Origin: Deltaproteobacteria bacterium
GTDB lineage: Bacteria > JAMCPX01
NCBI GenBank assembly: GCA_023381995.1
Contig: JAMCVD010000111.1
Coordinates: 545 to 64,544, forward strand
Direction of reading: 5' to 3'
Length of the DNA: 64,000 bases
A program made the translations under genes and the position numbers. Every line of letters begins with the position of its first letter. The stretch's first letter is position 1. This document shows, piece by piece, positions 45,838-55,448 of this stretch. Below the pieces are notes generated by a model, which saw only the letters and a list, made by a program, of their open reading frames with translations, was not told where the DNA came from and ran no database searches.

Positions 45838-46767
45838 TCAATCCTGGATGTAGCTCAGCATGGGGCCCGGAGAAAGGACGATCCTCGTATCTTCGTACAT
45901 GTCGCCGTCGATCGTGTACCTGAGCGGGGCCCCCGATTGGATCTCGACGAGCCTGGCGAGCACGTCTGCCAGGTGCTGGAAGCCCGGCTGGTGCCCGACG
46001 TAGAGCCTGCGCAGCCTCCTGATGACCTCGAAGGCAGTCGCCTGCCCGGCAAATACGTGTATCTTGTCGGGCAGCTCTTCCGCCCTGTATATTGCCCTGA
46101 AGTTGAGGCCGACGTTCCTGATGGCCGAGGACACGATGACCGAGTATCTGCTGTAGTCCAGCTTTATGCCGTCGATGACGACTTCTGCCACAACGGGCCT
46201 GAACAGCCGATCCACGTAGTCCGTCTTGATGATGGCGGAGGCTATCGCCTTATAGATGATCTGCAGTGCCTTGATCGGCCCCGGGGTTCCCCCCTCGTAG
46301 TACATGTCCATGAGGTTCGAGACGAAGCCGGTACCGAACATGAAGCCGTACCTGCCGTTTACGTTCAGTACCTTGTTCGCCCTGGTCTTGAAAGGCCTGT
46401 CGTCCCTGTAGTGCTCCACGAGCTTCTGGGTTATTCCCGTGACGGACCCCGTGATGCCGTTCAGGGCGTTCGATATGGTATTCATCGTTCCGCCCCTGAG
46501 GTGTGCGATGAGGGGAAAGCGGTCGTTGTCGTAAAGGTCGATTATGCGCGTTATGATCTGGTGGTTTGTCCCGTCCCCGCCGTTCACCCCGACTATCTCG
46601 TACCGGTCCTTTTTTATTTCTTTTGCGACCTCCGTCAGCTCATCGTAGGAGAACGGCACAAAGACCGTCCCATATCTGCCTATGATGTCCTTTATCCTGT
46701 CGAGGAGGTGCGGGTGTCTCATGTTCTTCTTTGATCTCGGGTTATGGATGATTCCTATCGTTTTCAT
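45838..46767 (-). CDS. Diacylglycerol-kinase catalytic-domain lipid kinase (YegS/BmrU family)
   Basis: MKTIGIIHNPRS...VGVNGGDGTNHQI...; ATG 46767 follows GGAGGG. The track start at 46899 is an extension. Confidence 0.85.
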   Translation of the reverse strand: MKTIGIIHNPRSKKNMRHPHLLDRIKDIIGRYGTVFVPFSYDELTEVAKEIKKDRYEIVGVNGGDGTNHQIITRIIDLYDNDRFPLIAHLRGGTMNTISNALNGITGSVTGITQKLVEHYRDDRPFKTRANKVLNVNGRYGFMFGTGFVSNLMDMYYEGGTPGPIKALQIIYKAIASAIIKTDYVDRLFRPVVAEVVIDGIKLDYSRYSVIVSSAIRNVGLNFRAIYRAEELPDKIHVFAGQATAFEVIRRLRRLYVGHQPGFQHLADVLARLVEIQSGAPLRYTIDGDMYEDTRIVLSPGPMLSYIQD

Positions 46768-46825
46768 ATCGTTCCCTCCACAAGTTTTGTTTGCACGATC
46801 GCTATTTACTTGATAAGCACAGTGT

Positions 46826-47530
46826 ATGAAAATTGGCAAGCTTTTGAGAGAGAGCCTCGATAGGAAGACGGTGATAAAGGTCTCGGTCCTCGTGATCATT
46901 TTTACGGTAGCAACGGCGGTGGTCTATGTTACGCCCCTGAAAAGGTATACGGACCCGCGGGCGCTGAAGGCCTTTTTTGTTTCGTGGGGCTATTGGGCGC
47001 CTGTGATATTTGTGGCGGTGTTTGCGGTAAAGTCCGTCGTGCCTTTCCCGTCTTCCATTCTTGCGCTTGCCGGGGGCCTTGTCTTTGGACCGTTCTACGG
47101 GGCCGTTTATTCGATCGTGGGCTCCGTTATCAGCGCCTCGATCGCGTATCAGGTCTCGCGGAGGCTTGGAAGGGACTTCGTCAACAAGGTGCTCGGGACA
47201 AAGGCAAGGACACTCGACAGGCTTACGCACGTCCACGGGCTCGAGGTCGTGCTGTTTTTCAGGATGGTGCCGTCGCTGCCATTCGATGTGTTCAATTTGG
47301 GGGCAGGGCTGTCGGACATTACGTTCCGGGACTTCTTCATCGGTACCGCTCTGGGTATGATACCGTGGTCGTTCGCACTGAGCTACCTCGGCGACCGCAT
47401 GGCGAACCTGAGGCTGAACTTCATTTCGCTGCTCTCGTTTTTCCTCATCATAGCGATATTCGTCCTGCCCCTCCTTATAAAGAAGTTCGGGAACAACAAG
47501 AAGGGTAGGGGCACTTCGGACGCGAAGTGA
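46826..47530 (+). CDS. TVP38/TMEM64 (DedA-related) membrane protein
   Basis: FPSSILALAGGLVFGPFYGAVYSIVGSVISASIAYQVSRRLGRDFV. Confidence 0.85.
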   Translation: MKIGKLLRESLDRKTVIKVSVLVIIFTVATAVVYVTPLKRYTDPRALKAFFVSWGYWAPVIFVAVFAVKSVVPFPSSILALAGGLVFGPFYGAVYSIVGSVISASIAYQVSRRLGRDFVNKVLGTKARTLDRLTHVHGLEVVLFFRMVPSLPFDVFNLGAGLSDITFRDFFIGTALGMIPWSFALSYLGDRMANLRLNFISLLSFFLIIAIFVLPLLIKKFGNNKKGRGTSDAK

Positions 47531-47633
47531 ACGACCAGAATTTCCGCAACGGTCTATCGGGCCCGTCCGGCGCCGGGACAGAAAACAATATTTGAAGATA
47601 TGTCTTGACTTGTATACAACGCTGTGTTTTCAT

Positions 47634-47653
47634 ATGAATGAATAATCATTCAT
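47634..47653. promoter_or_regulatory. Palindromic operator candidate ATGAATGA-ATAA-TCATTCAT upstream of the fad genes
   Basis: Perfect 8-bp arms with a 4-nt spacer, located between a TTGACT hexamer (47605-47610) and the SD (GGAGGA 47657-47662) of the thiolase gene. Confidence 0.4.
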
Positions 47654-47666
47654 TATGGAGGAAGCT

Positions 47667-48887
47667 ATGCAGGATGGCGGAAGAGATGCTGTGATAGTTT
47701 CAGCAGCAAGGCTGCCGATTGGCAGGGCAAAGAAGGGCTTCTTTGCAAAGACGAGGCCCGACGATATGTTTGCCGCTGCGATCAGGGCTGCCTTGAAGAG
47801 ACTGCCTGAATTCGATTATAGACAGATAGAAGACATCATATGCGGCTCCGCTTTCCCGGAGGCCGAAGAGGGCATGAACGTGGCGAGGGTGGCGGGCATC
47901 CTTGCGGGCCTGCCCGTTGAGGTCCCCGCAACGACGATAAACAGGTTTTGCGGCTCGGCGATGACGGCCCTCCACAAGGCGACGTACGAGATAAAGGGCG
48001 GTGCAGGCGATGTATTCGTGGTCGGCGGGACGGAGAGCATGACGATGATACCGATGACGAGCAACAAGCCGACGCCCAATATCAGGTTCGTCCATGATGG
48101 TCCGACGCTGCCCAACGTGTATGTATCGATGGGTGAGACAGCGGAGAATGTTATAGACAGGTATGGGAAGAAGTACGACCTCAGCCGCGAGAGCCTCGAC
48201 AGGTTCTCGTACGATTCCCATAAGAAGGCCGTTGCCGCGCAGACGGCGGGCAGGTTTAAAGAGGAGATAGCGCCGGTCATAATAAACAGGGCGACCGGGG
48301 ACATAGAGCTCTACAGCGGCGGCAGCGTGCCGGATGGATGGGGACTCGTGGACAGAGACGAGTGCCCGAGGGCCGATACGACCGTGGAGGCGCTCGCAAA
48401 ATTGAAGCCCGTGTTCAGGGCGAAGGGTCGGGTCACGGCGGGCAATTCCTCTCCGGTCAACGATGGTGCAAGCGTTGTCGTCATGATGTCGTCCCAGAAA
48501 GCAGGAGAGCTGGGCGTAAGGCCCCTTGCAAAGGTGAGGGCCACCGCCGTACGGGCACTGGAGCCCGAGGTGATGGGACTCGGTCCCATCTATGCGACGC
48601 GGCGTGTCCTCGAGAGGGCAAAGATGACCGTAAAGGACATACAGCTCTTCGAGATAAACGAGGCCTTTGCATCCCAGTCCATAGCCAGCATCGAGGAGCT
48701 CGGCATCGATCCCGATAAGGTAAACGTAAACGGTGGGGCCATTGCCCTTGGGCATCCGCTCGGTATCTCGGGGGTAAGGATACTTACCACCCTCCTCTAC
48801 GAGATGATCAGGAGGGACCTGAACGTCGGGCTTGGTACCATGTGTATAGGCGGGGGACAGGGCATAGCGACGATTATCGAAAGGTGA
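47667..48887 (+). CDS. fadA: Acetyl-CoA C-acyltransferase (3-ketoacyl-CoA thiolase)
   Basis: INRFCGSAM (active-site Cys), [23 protein letters not shown]. Start at ATG 47667 after GGAGGA; the track start is 47655. Confidence 0.92.
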   Translation: MQDGGRDAVIVSAARLPIGRAKKGFFAKTRPDDMFAAAIRAALKRLPEFDYRQIEDIICGSAFPEAEEGMNVARVAGILAGLPVEVPATTINRFCGSAMTALHKATYEIKGGAGDVFVVGGTESMTMIPMTSNKPTPNIRFVHDGPTLPNVYVSMGETAENVIDRYGKKYDLSRESLDRFSYDSHKKAVAAQTAGRFKEEIAPVIINRATGDIELYSGGSVPDGWGLVDRDECPRADTTVEALAKLKPVFRAKGRVTAGNSSPVNDGASVVVMMSSQKAGELGVRPLAKVRATAVRALEPEVMGLGPIYATRRVLERAKMTVKDIQLFEINEAFASQSIASIEELGIDPDKVNVNGGAIALGHPLGISGVRILTTLLYEMIRRDLNVGLGTMCIGGGQGIATIIER

Positions 48888-48906
48888 GCGTGCAGGAGGA
48901 ATTCGT

Positions 48907-50610
48907 ATGAGCTATCAGATAAAGAGAGTAACGATACTAGGGTCCGGGGTCATGGGGTCCGGCATTGCCGCGCACCTTGCGAACGCCGGTATCCCGTCGT
49001 ATATACTCGACATAGTGCCCCGGGAGCTTACCGATGATGAGAAGAAGGCAGGGCTTGCATTGAAGGACCCGCGGGTAAGGAACAGGCTTGCACTTGCCGG
49101 TATGGAGCATATCAGGAAGAGCATGCCGGCCCTTATTTACTCCCAGAGGGACATATCGTACATAACCCCGGGCAACATGGAGGACGACCTCGATTGTATC
49201 GGCAAGTCCGACTGGATCATAGAAGTGGTCACGGAAAGGCTCGATATAAAGAAGAAAGTCTTTGAGCAGGTGGACAGGTACAGGAAACAGGGCTCCATAG
49301 TGAGCTCGAACACCTCGGGCATTAAGCTCAAGGACATGGCGGACGGCAGGAGCAGGGACTTTCAGGAGAATTTTATGATCACGCATTTCTTCAACCCCGT
49401 AAGGTATATGAAGCTGCTCGAGTTCATAGTCGGGAAAGACACGAAGCCGGAGATGGTGGACTTCATGAAGGAGTTTGCGGAGGACGTGCTGGGGAAGGGC
49501 GTCGTCTTTGGGAAGGACACTCCGAACTTCATTGCCAACAGGGTCGGTGTGTTCTCCATGCTCGATACCATGAAGGTCATGGTGGACGACGGGTACGGCA
49601 TCGATGAGGTGGACGCCATAGTCGGCAAGCCGATGGGGAGGCCGGGGAGCGCTGCCTTCGGGACGGGTGACCTCGTGGGCCTCGATACGCTCTATCACGT
49701 CTCGAACAATGTCTACGAGAATACGCCGAACGACGAGAAGAGGGACGTGTTCAAAGTGCCGGCATTCGTGGAGAAGATGGTAAAGCAGGGCTGGATAGGG
49801 GACAAGTCGGGGCAGGGCTTCTATAAGAAGATAAAGGACGAGAAGGGCAGGAAGAAATTGGTGCTCGACTACAACACCATGGAGTACAGGGACACACAGA
49901 AATACGCGTACGATTCGCTCGGCATGGCGAAGAACGCCGAGATGCCCGATGACAAGATGAGGGCCCTCGTATCGGGTGACGACAGGGCGGCAAAGTTTGC
50001 ATGGAAGGTGACGAAGGACACCCTCGTCTATGCCGCGAACAGGGTCCCGGAGATAGCGGATGACATCGTGAACGTGGACAACGCCATGAAATGGGGCTTC
50101 AACTGGGCACTCGGCCCGTTCGAGACATGGGACGCCATAGGTCTTTCGGGCTCTGTAGAGAGGATGGAAAAAGAGGGGGTAAAGGTACCGGAGAACGTCA
50201 GAAAGGTATTGGACAAGGGATACGGCAGGTTTTACCTCGATATAAAGGGCGACAAGTATTACTTCGACTTTGACAGCGGCACCTACCGGCCGGTCAGGAA
50301 GAGGGACAATGCGATATCTCTCGAGAGCCTGAAGAAGAGGGGCATGGTCATGAAGGAGAACGGCAGTGCCAGGCTGATCGATATAGGCGACGGCGTTCTG
50401 TGCGTTGAGTTCAATTCGAAGATGAACGCCATCGACGACGATATAATAGCCATGCTGAACAGCGGCATGGATATGCTTGACTCCAGGCGCGATGTAGCGG
50501 GTATGGTAGTCGCCAACGAGGGAGAGACCTTCAGCGCTGGCGCCAACATATTCCTCGTACTTGTGGCGTCGCAGAACAAGGACTGGAAGTCGCTCGAGAA
50601 GGCGAAGTAA
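48907..50610 (+). CDS. FadB/FadN-type 3-hydroxyacyl-CoA dehydrogenase with first half of enoyl-CoA hydratase fold (ends at in-frame TAA)
   Basis: ILGSGVMGSGIAAH NAD-binding site and HFFNPVRYMKL. The crotonase fold begins at GETFSAGANI, then TAA at 50608-50610. Confidence 0.85.
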   Translation: MSYQIKRVTILGSGVMGSGIAAHLANAGIPSYILDIVPRELTDDEKKAGLALKDPRVRNRLALAGMEHIRKSMPALIYSQRDISYITPGNMEDDLDCIGKSDWIIEVVTERLDIKKKVFEQVDRYRKQGSIVSSNTSGIKLKDMADGRSRDFQENFMITHFFNPVRYMKLLEFIVGKDTKPEMVDFMKEFAEDVLGKGVVFGKDTPNFIANRVGVFSMLDTMKVMVDDGYGIDEVDAIVGKPMGRPGSAAFGTGDLVGLDTLYHVSNNVYENTPNDEKRDVFKVPAFVEKMVKQGWIGDKSGQGFYKKIKDEKGRKKLVLDYNTMEYRDTQKYAYDSLGMAKNAEMPDDKMRALVSGDDRAAKFAWKVTKDTLVYAANRVPEIADDIVNVDNAMKWGFNWALGPFETWDAIGLSGSVERMEKEGVKVPENVRKVLDKGYGRFYLDIKGDKYYFDFDSGTYRPVRKRDNAISLESLKKRGMVMKENGSARLIDIGDGVLCVEFNSKMNAIDDDIIAMLNSGMDMLDSRRDVAGMVVANEGETFSAGANIFLVLVASQNKDWKSLEKAK

Positions 50611-50628
50611 TACCTGCACGGCGCGAAC

Positions 50629-51318
50629 ATGAGGATGAAGTATGCGTCGAAGCCGGTCGTTGCGGCACCGTTTAATATGACGCTTGGTGCCGGCTGCGAG
50701 GTCTGTATGCATGCACACAGGGTCAGGGCGCATGCGGAGCTTTACATGGGACTCGTCGAGATGGGAGTGGGGGTGATACCGGCAGGCGGCGGTACCAAGG
50801 AGCTGTACCTCAGGGCACTGGGGAACAACGTCGTCAAGCCCGACCCGATGAAGGCAGCCATGCACGCCTTCGAGACCATCGGTATGGCAAAGGTCTCCAT
50901 GAGTGCAAAGGAGGCCGTCGAGATGTACGGCTATCTGGGCCCGGCGGACCGGATTACCCTGAACAAGGATAACCTCATATACGATGCGAAGCAGACCGTC
51001 CTTGCCATGGCGAAGGAAGGGTTCAAGCAGCAAAGACCGAGGAACGATATCCAGGTGGCCGGGAGAGAGGCAATTGCGACGTTAAGGCTGGGTGCTGGAA
51101 ATTTGAGACTTGGTGGTTATATTAGTGACTATGACGAGTTCATAGCGAAGAAGCTCATCAATGTTATAGCGGGCGGCGATGTGCCGCCGGGTACCATGAT
51201 TGGCGAAGAAAGGTTGCTCGATCTCGAGAGAGAGGCCTTTTTGAGCTTGTGCGGCGAGCAAAAGACGCAGGACAGGCTGCACTACATGTTGATGAATAAT
51301 AAACCCCTCCGCAACTAA
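50629..51318 (+). CDS. Second half of enoyl-CoA hydratase fold plus C-terminal region of the same FadB/FadN-type protein (same frame as 48907..50610)
   Basis: KPVVAAPFNMTLGAGCEV...GLVEMGVGVIPAGGGT continues the crotonase fold. Both ORFs are in frame 1 and are separated only by one TAA plus 6 sense codons. Confidence 0.8.
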   Translation: MRMKYASKPVVAAPFNMTLGAGCEVCMHAHRVRAHAELYMGLVEMGVGVIPAGGGTKELYLRALGNNVVKPDPMKAAMHAFETIGMAKVSMSAKEAVEMYGYLGPADRITLNKDNLIYDAKQTVLAMAKEGFKQQRPRNDIQVAGREAIATLRLGAGNLRLGGYISDYDEFIAKKLINVIAGGDVPPGTMIGEERLLDLEREAFLSLCGEQKTQDRLHYMLMNNKPLRN

Positions 51319-51322
51319 AAAC

Positions 51323-51373
51323 GGTGCAGATCTCGGACCCCTCCAGAGGTCTGCACCACCCCTCTATTTTTTT
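51323..51373 (+). terminator. Intrinsic terminator after the fad block
   Basis: GGTGCAGATCTC...GAGGTCTGCACC stem (8 perfect bp plus extension), followed 9 nt later by TTTTTTT (51367-51373). Confidence 0.6.
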
Positions 51374-51480
51374 GCTATGCTTTTCATTGACAAGCGGTGC
51401 ATCACTGTATAAGTTGCTCTGATACATTTAATCAGGATTATATATTTTGGTGGTCATCATACAGGAAGGGTAGAGTGTTT

Positions 51481-52887
51481 ATGGACAAGGTATTGGACAG
51501 GATCTGGAGGTTCTTTAGCTCGGTCAAGCTCGCAATAGTACTTATTATATCGATTGTGGCGACCGCTATTATAGGGACGGTGATCCAGCAGGGATTGCCC
51601 GTCGAGACGTACGTGCGGCACTACGGCGCATCGACGTACAGGCTCCTTCATTTCTTCGATCTGTTCGATATGTACCATTCATGGTGGTTCGAGCTGCTCC
51701 TCATACTCTTTATCGTCAACGTCACCGTGTGCACTCTCGAGAGACTGCCGGCCATATTCAAGATGGTATCGAAGCCGAAGCTCAAGATCCCGATGGAAAA
51801 GATAAACGCGTTCAAAGAAAGGCAGACCGTGAGCTATGGAGGCAGAAAGGAGGCGCTGATCGCTTCTCTGGTCGACAGGCTGAAAGAATCATACAGGAGG
51901 CCGGTCCACACGAGCTCTGAGGAAGGCGATTTCATCTATCTCGAGAAGGGACGCATCGCGAGGTTTGGCCCCTATGTAACGCACCTGAGCCTTATCATCA
52001 TATTCATAGGCGTTTTGGTGGGCTCGTTTCTGGGCTTCGACGCCTATGTAAACCTTTCCCCCGGCGATGCTACGGATATTGTCAGGACGACGAGGGGCAA
52101 TCAGGACCTGACCCTGCCGTTCACGATAAAGTGCAATGACTTCCATATCGAGTTCTATGACTCTGGCATACCAAAGGCGTACAAGAGCGATCTGAGCCTG
52201 CTCCGGGACAATCGGCAGATAGCGCGCAAGGTAATAGACGTCAATCAGCCACTGACATACAGGGGTATTACGATATATCAGGCGTCCTACGGACAGGCGG
52301 GTGCAAGCGACTTCAGTATCGTCTTGACCAGTAGCAACGATGGAGAGGAGGATCTGTCCCTTGCCCGGAACCAATTGTTCCCCTTAAAGGGCGATATTTC
52401 CATAGCGGTCCTCGACTATTCCAGGAATTATCAGGGGTTCGGCCCGACGATACTCGTGGGCGTGTACAAGGGACAGAAGCTCCAGAGCACCTCCATCTAC
52501 CTCGAAAAATACCCCGATTTCCACGGCGCAGAGAAGATAGAGGGATACGGCATAAGGTTCATAAAGGCCCATGAGAGCTATTATACCGGGCTTCAGGTGG
52601 CAAAAGACCCCGGCGCGCCCTACGTCGCAGGGGGGGCGATCGTACTTATCATAGGACTGCTGATGTCGTTCTTCAGCTACAGGCGTAGGGTATGGCTTTT
52701 TATACCCGAGAAATTCGACGGTACGTTTACGGTCGCAGGTGTGGCGGACAGGAACAAGTATTCGTTCGAGTTCGAGTTCGAGAAGCTGGTAGGCTCGATC
52801 AGGGAGATCTGTTCCCCGACCGTCGAGGGGAAAGACACGGTGCCGCCGTCGCCTTCGGATAAGGGCACGAAGGACGGGAGAAGATGA
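51481..52887 (+). CDS. resB: Cytochrome c biogenesis protein ResB/Ccs1 (system II)
   Basis: MDKVLDRIWRFFSSVKLAIVLIISIV..., a large periplasmic domain and a C-terminal TM segment. Start at 51481; the track start at 51397 is an extension. Confidence 0.85.
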   Translation: MDKVLDRIWRFFSSVKLAIVLIISIVATAIIGTVIQQGLPVETYVRHYGASTYRLLHFFDLFDMYHSWWFELLLILFIVNVTVCTLERLPAIFKMVSKPKLKIPMEKINAFKERQTVSYGGRKEALIASLVDRLKESYRRPVHTSSEEGDFIYLEKGRIARFGPYVTHLSLIIIFIGVLVGSFLGFDAYVNLSPGDATDIVRTTRGNQDLTLPFTIKCNDFHIEFYDSGIPKAYKSDLSLLRDNRQIARKVIDVNQPLTYRGITIYQASYGQAGASDFSIVLTSSNDGEEDLSLARNQLFPLKGDISIAVLDYSRNYQGFGPTILVGVYKGQKLQSTSIYLEKYPDFHGAEKIEGYGIRFIKAHESYYTGLQVAKDPGAPYVAGGAIVLIIGLLMSFFSYRRRVWLFIPEKFDGTFTVAGVADRNKYSFEFEFEKLVGSIREICSPTVEGKDTVPPSPSDKGTKDGRR

Positions 52888-52902
52888 TGGCTCTCTCCAA
52901 CG

Positions 52903-53796
52903 GTGCAAAAAAATGAACAAGGGGGTACGATAATGGTACATGCTGGTAGCATGATAAACACGCTGCTCTTGAGCATCGCCACGTTTGTGTATGTGGGATC
53001 GATGTTCTTCTATCTGTTCGGACTGGTATTTAAGAAAAAGTTCCTCGATGCGGCAGGCTTTGCGGTGTTCGTAGGCGCCTTCCTGATCGAGACGGCAGGA
53101 CTGATAGCACGATGGGTGGAGTCGTACCATCTTCAGTACGGACACATACCGATAACGAACCTCTATGAGTCCCTGATATTCCTCTCCTGGACGATAGCGC
53201 TCACGTACATCATCGTGGACCTCAGGTATAAAATAAGGAAGCTGGGATTTCCGATCTCGCTCGCGGCGTTCGTATTTATGGCGTATGCGTCGTTCTCGCC
53301 CAGCGTCAGCAGCAGGATAGAGCCCCTCGTCCCTGCCCTCAAGAGTAACTGGCTCATCTTCCATGTGGTAACGAGCTTCTTCGGTTACGGCGCATTCGCA
53401 ATGGCGTTCGGTGCGTCCATCTTCTACTTGATCAGCGATTGGTATACGAAGCACACGAACGGGAAGGTACTCTCGTATCTGCCGTCCGTCAGGGTACTGG
53501 ACGATATAAGCTACAAGCTCATCATTGTAGGGGAGGTCCTGCTGGCGATCGGCATTGTTACCGGGGCCGCATGGGCCGACTATGCATGGGGGAGGTACTG
53601 GAGCTGGGACCCGAAGGAAACATGGTCACTGATTACCTTCCTGATCTATGTCGTTTATATACATCTGAGGTATTCCTGGGGATGGCACGGCCGGGCCGCG
53701 GCCATCTTCGCAATAGTTGGGTTCCTGTTCGTGCTGTTTACCTACCTCGGTGTTAATCTGGTACTGTCCGGCCTGCACAGCTACGGAAGTACATAG
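52903..53796 (+). CDS. ccsA: Cytochrome c biogenesis protein CcsA/ResC (system II heme handling)
   Basis: WGRYWSWDPKETWSLITFL (WWD motif) and conserved His residues. The exact start is uncertain (52903 to 52951). Confidence 0.88.
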   Translation: MQKNEQGGTIMVHAGSMINTLLLSIATFVYVGSMFFYLFGLVFKKKFLDAAGFAVFVGAFLIETAGLIARWVESYHLQYGHIPITNLYESLIFLSWTIALTYIIVDLRYKIRKLGFPISLAAFVFMAYASFSPSVSSRIEPLVPALKSNWLIFHVVTSFFGYGAFAMAFGASIFYLISDWYTKHTNGKVLSYLPSVRVLDDISYKLIIVGEVLLAIGIVTGAAWADYAWGRYWSWDPKETWSLITFLIYVVYIHLRYSWGWHGRAAAIFAIVGFLFVLFTYLGVNLVLSGLHSYGST

Positions 53797-53841
53797 GGGC
53801 GCGGGCCGGCCTTTCTTCCGACCATCGGAATGAAGGGGAAC

Positions 53842-55206
53842 CTATTTTATCGTTGCGACGATGCCCTGCGTAGCCGGGGAAACGACGTAGATCGCATTTG
53901 TCAGGATATCGCTGACGTATGCCTGCCCCGTTTCCGGATCTATGATGACGTGCTCCGGCAGGCCGAGTCCCAGAATGGTCTTTATCCCTTGCGCTGCGGT
54001 CGTATCGAATGTGAACATATCGTCGTTGCCGAGCGCAGTTGTGCCGGGGTTCATGTAGAACGAGACCCTGTCGTATATGCTGTCGAAGAAGGCACCGTCG
54101 ACGACCTCGTCCGGCTGTAGCCCGGAAGCCGTACCTGCAACGGCGTAGTTTTTCGCAGTGGAATCGTAGACGACGCTCCATGCCTCGGACTGCGTTGTGC
54201 AGTCGTCCGTGGTTATGCCCTGTATGGACGGCGCCTCGTTGGAAGGGACCGAACTTGTTAGCCTGAGGCCCGTGTACGAGCTCGGTATCGAGGGCACGCT
54301 GCACCCATGGTCTATGTCCAGAAAGTGTAGGTAGCCGTCGGCGTTGGCAACGATGCCGAGGTACGAGAAATGATTGTCGTCGAGCAGCACCCTTTGCGGT
54401 GTGATAGCAAAGTCCTTCGGGATCCCGGGTATGGTAAATTCGTATCCGACGCTCCCTGAGTCTGCGTCTATGGACTCAAAGATATAGGCCGTTCCGCTGA
54501 ATGCGACGGCGTACAGTAGTGTCCTGTCATACTGGCTCAGGATTCGCATGGACGCGACAGGGTAGTCGGTGCTTATGGTGGTGATTGGCTCGAGGGTATG
54601 GGGATCCAGGACGTCTATGATCGGCCTGTTCCGGAAAGAAAGGAAGAGCCTGCCGTCGTCAGGCCCCGTTGTCATGGATGACGGGGGAGAGTCCAATGCT
54701 ACCGATGCGGCCGGCGTCATGGAACTGCCCACCGTGAATGATTCCATGTAGGTGTTGCCGCCCTGTGCATCGAGCACGTACAGCATCGAGGTCCGATGGA
54801 TCAGCAACGTTTTCAAGGGATAGCCCTTTAAATATTCGGTACCGGTGATCTGGTTGTCGGCGAGATCGAGCGATTCGAGCATTGCCGTCGACTGTGTGAA
54901 GCCTGCGATATAAAGATGGCCGTTGCTGTATTCCAGAGAGTCGGGGTACATATCGAGCGGTATCGCATTGTACGTGCCGGTGGGCGTGGTTATGCCCATG
55001 ACGGTGTTTGTGGATGTATTTATCTCCGATACCGTGCCTGTAAACATGTTCGCGACGAAGAGGGCCTCCGTGGTCGATGACGGCAGGGAGCCGAGTACCA
55101 TCGAAGAAGGGTAGGTGAAGTTGCTCGTGGACGACGTCGATGTACTGCAAGCGGAGACCGCAGCTGCAATCAGTACGAACAGGAATGTATGGACCGATCT
55201 TCTCAT
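53842..55206 (-). CDS. Beta-propeller-like surface lipoprotein (YVTN-type terminal repeat)
   Basis: ATG 55206 gives MRRSVHTFLFVLIAAAVSAC (lipobox). The body is beta-rich and ends with GQAYVSDILTNAIYVVSPATQGIVATIK. The track ORF up to 55461 reads through repeat copy 3 and is judged chimeric. Confidence 0.6.
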   Translation of the reverse strand: MRRSVHTFLFVLIAAAVSACSTSTSSTSNFTYPSSMVLGSLPSSTTEALFVANMFTGTVSEINTSTNTVMGITTPTGTYNAIPLDMYPDSLEYSNGHLYIAGFTQSTAMLESLDLADNQITGTEYLKGYPLKTLLIHRTSMLYVLDAQGGNTYMESFTVGSSMTPAASVALDSPPSSMTTGPDDGRLFLSFRNRPIIDVLDPHTLEPITTISTDYPVASMRILSQYDRTLLYAVAFSGTAYIFESIDADSGSVGYEFTIPGIPKDFAITPQRVLLDDNHFSYLGIVANADGYLHFLDIDHGCSVPSIPSSYTGLRLTSSVPSNEAPSIQGITTDDCTTQSEAWSVVYDSTAKNYAVAGTASGLQPDEVVDGAFFDSIYDRVSFYMNPGTTALGNDDMFTFDTTAAQGIKTILGLGLPEHVIIDPETGQAYVSDILTNAIYVVSPATQGIVATIK

Positions 55207-55209
55207 TTT

Positions 55210-55448
55210 GGTTCCTCTCCCATTTGTGATCATGAAGAAAGAGTTTTCTCCTCTGCTCGTAAAATAAAGCTCTTTTCGGTAAAGGGGGTTACGACCCATA
55301 ACGCCTCCGTATTTCCATAGCGAGAGAGAAGCAGTCCACGCAGAGTACCACGGAAGCATTGCAGGCAGTCCGGATGTGTTTCCCTTCGCAGTGTCGAACA
55401 CTCTTTCTTTTTGTTCTATCAGTTCCATGATCACTTTTGGGATAAGAG
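55210..55448. repeat. 239-nt repeat family, copy 3
   Basis: See copy 1. It ends 3 nt from the ATG at 55206 (minus strand: ...GGGAGAGGAACC AAA ATG). Confidence 0.9.

Noticed and set aside
50608-50610. The in-frame stop in the FadB-like gene as selenocysteine or pyrrolysine recoding.
   Set aside because: The codon is TAA, not TGA or TAG. I see no SECIS-like hairpin immediately downstream.
48937-51033. A 698-aa antisense ORF, plus other long antisense ORFs (e.g. 2057..3142, 38147..39562, 42264..43718, 47700..48755, 55953..56852, 57413..58543, 63207..63959).
   Set aside because: All lie opposite genes with strong family signatures. They are Arg/Pro/Gly/His-rich low-complexity translations with no recognisable motifs, which is typical of shadow ORFs in GC-rich coding DNA.
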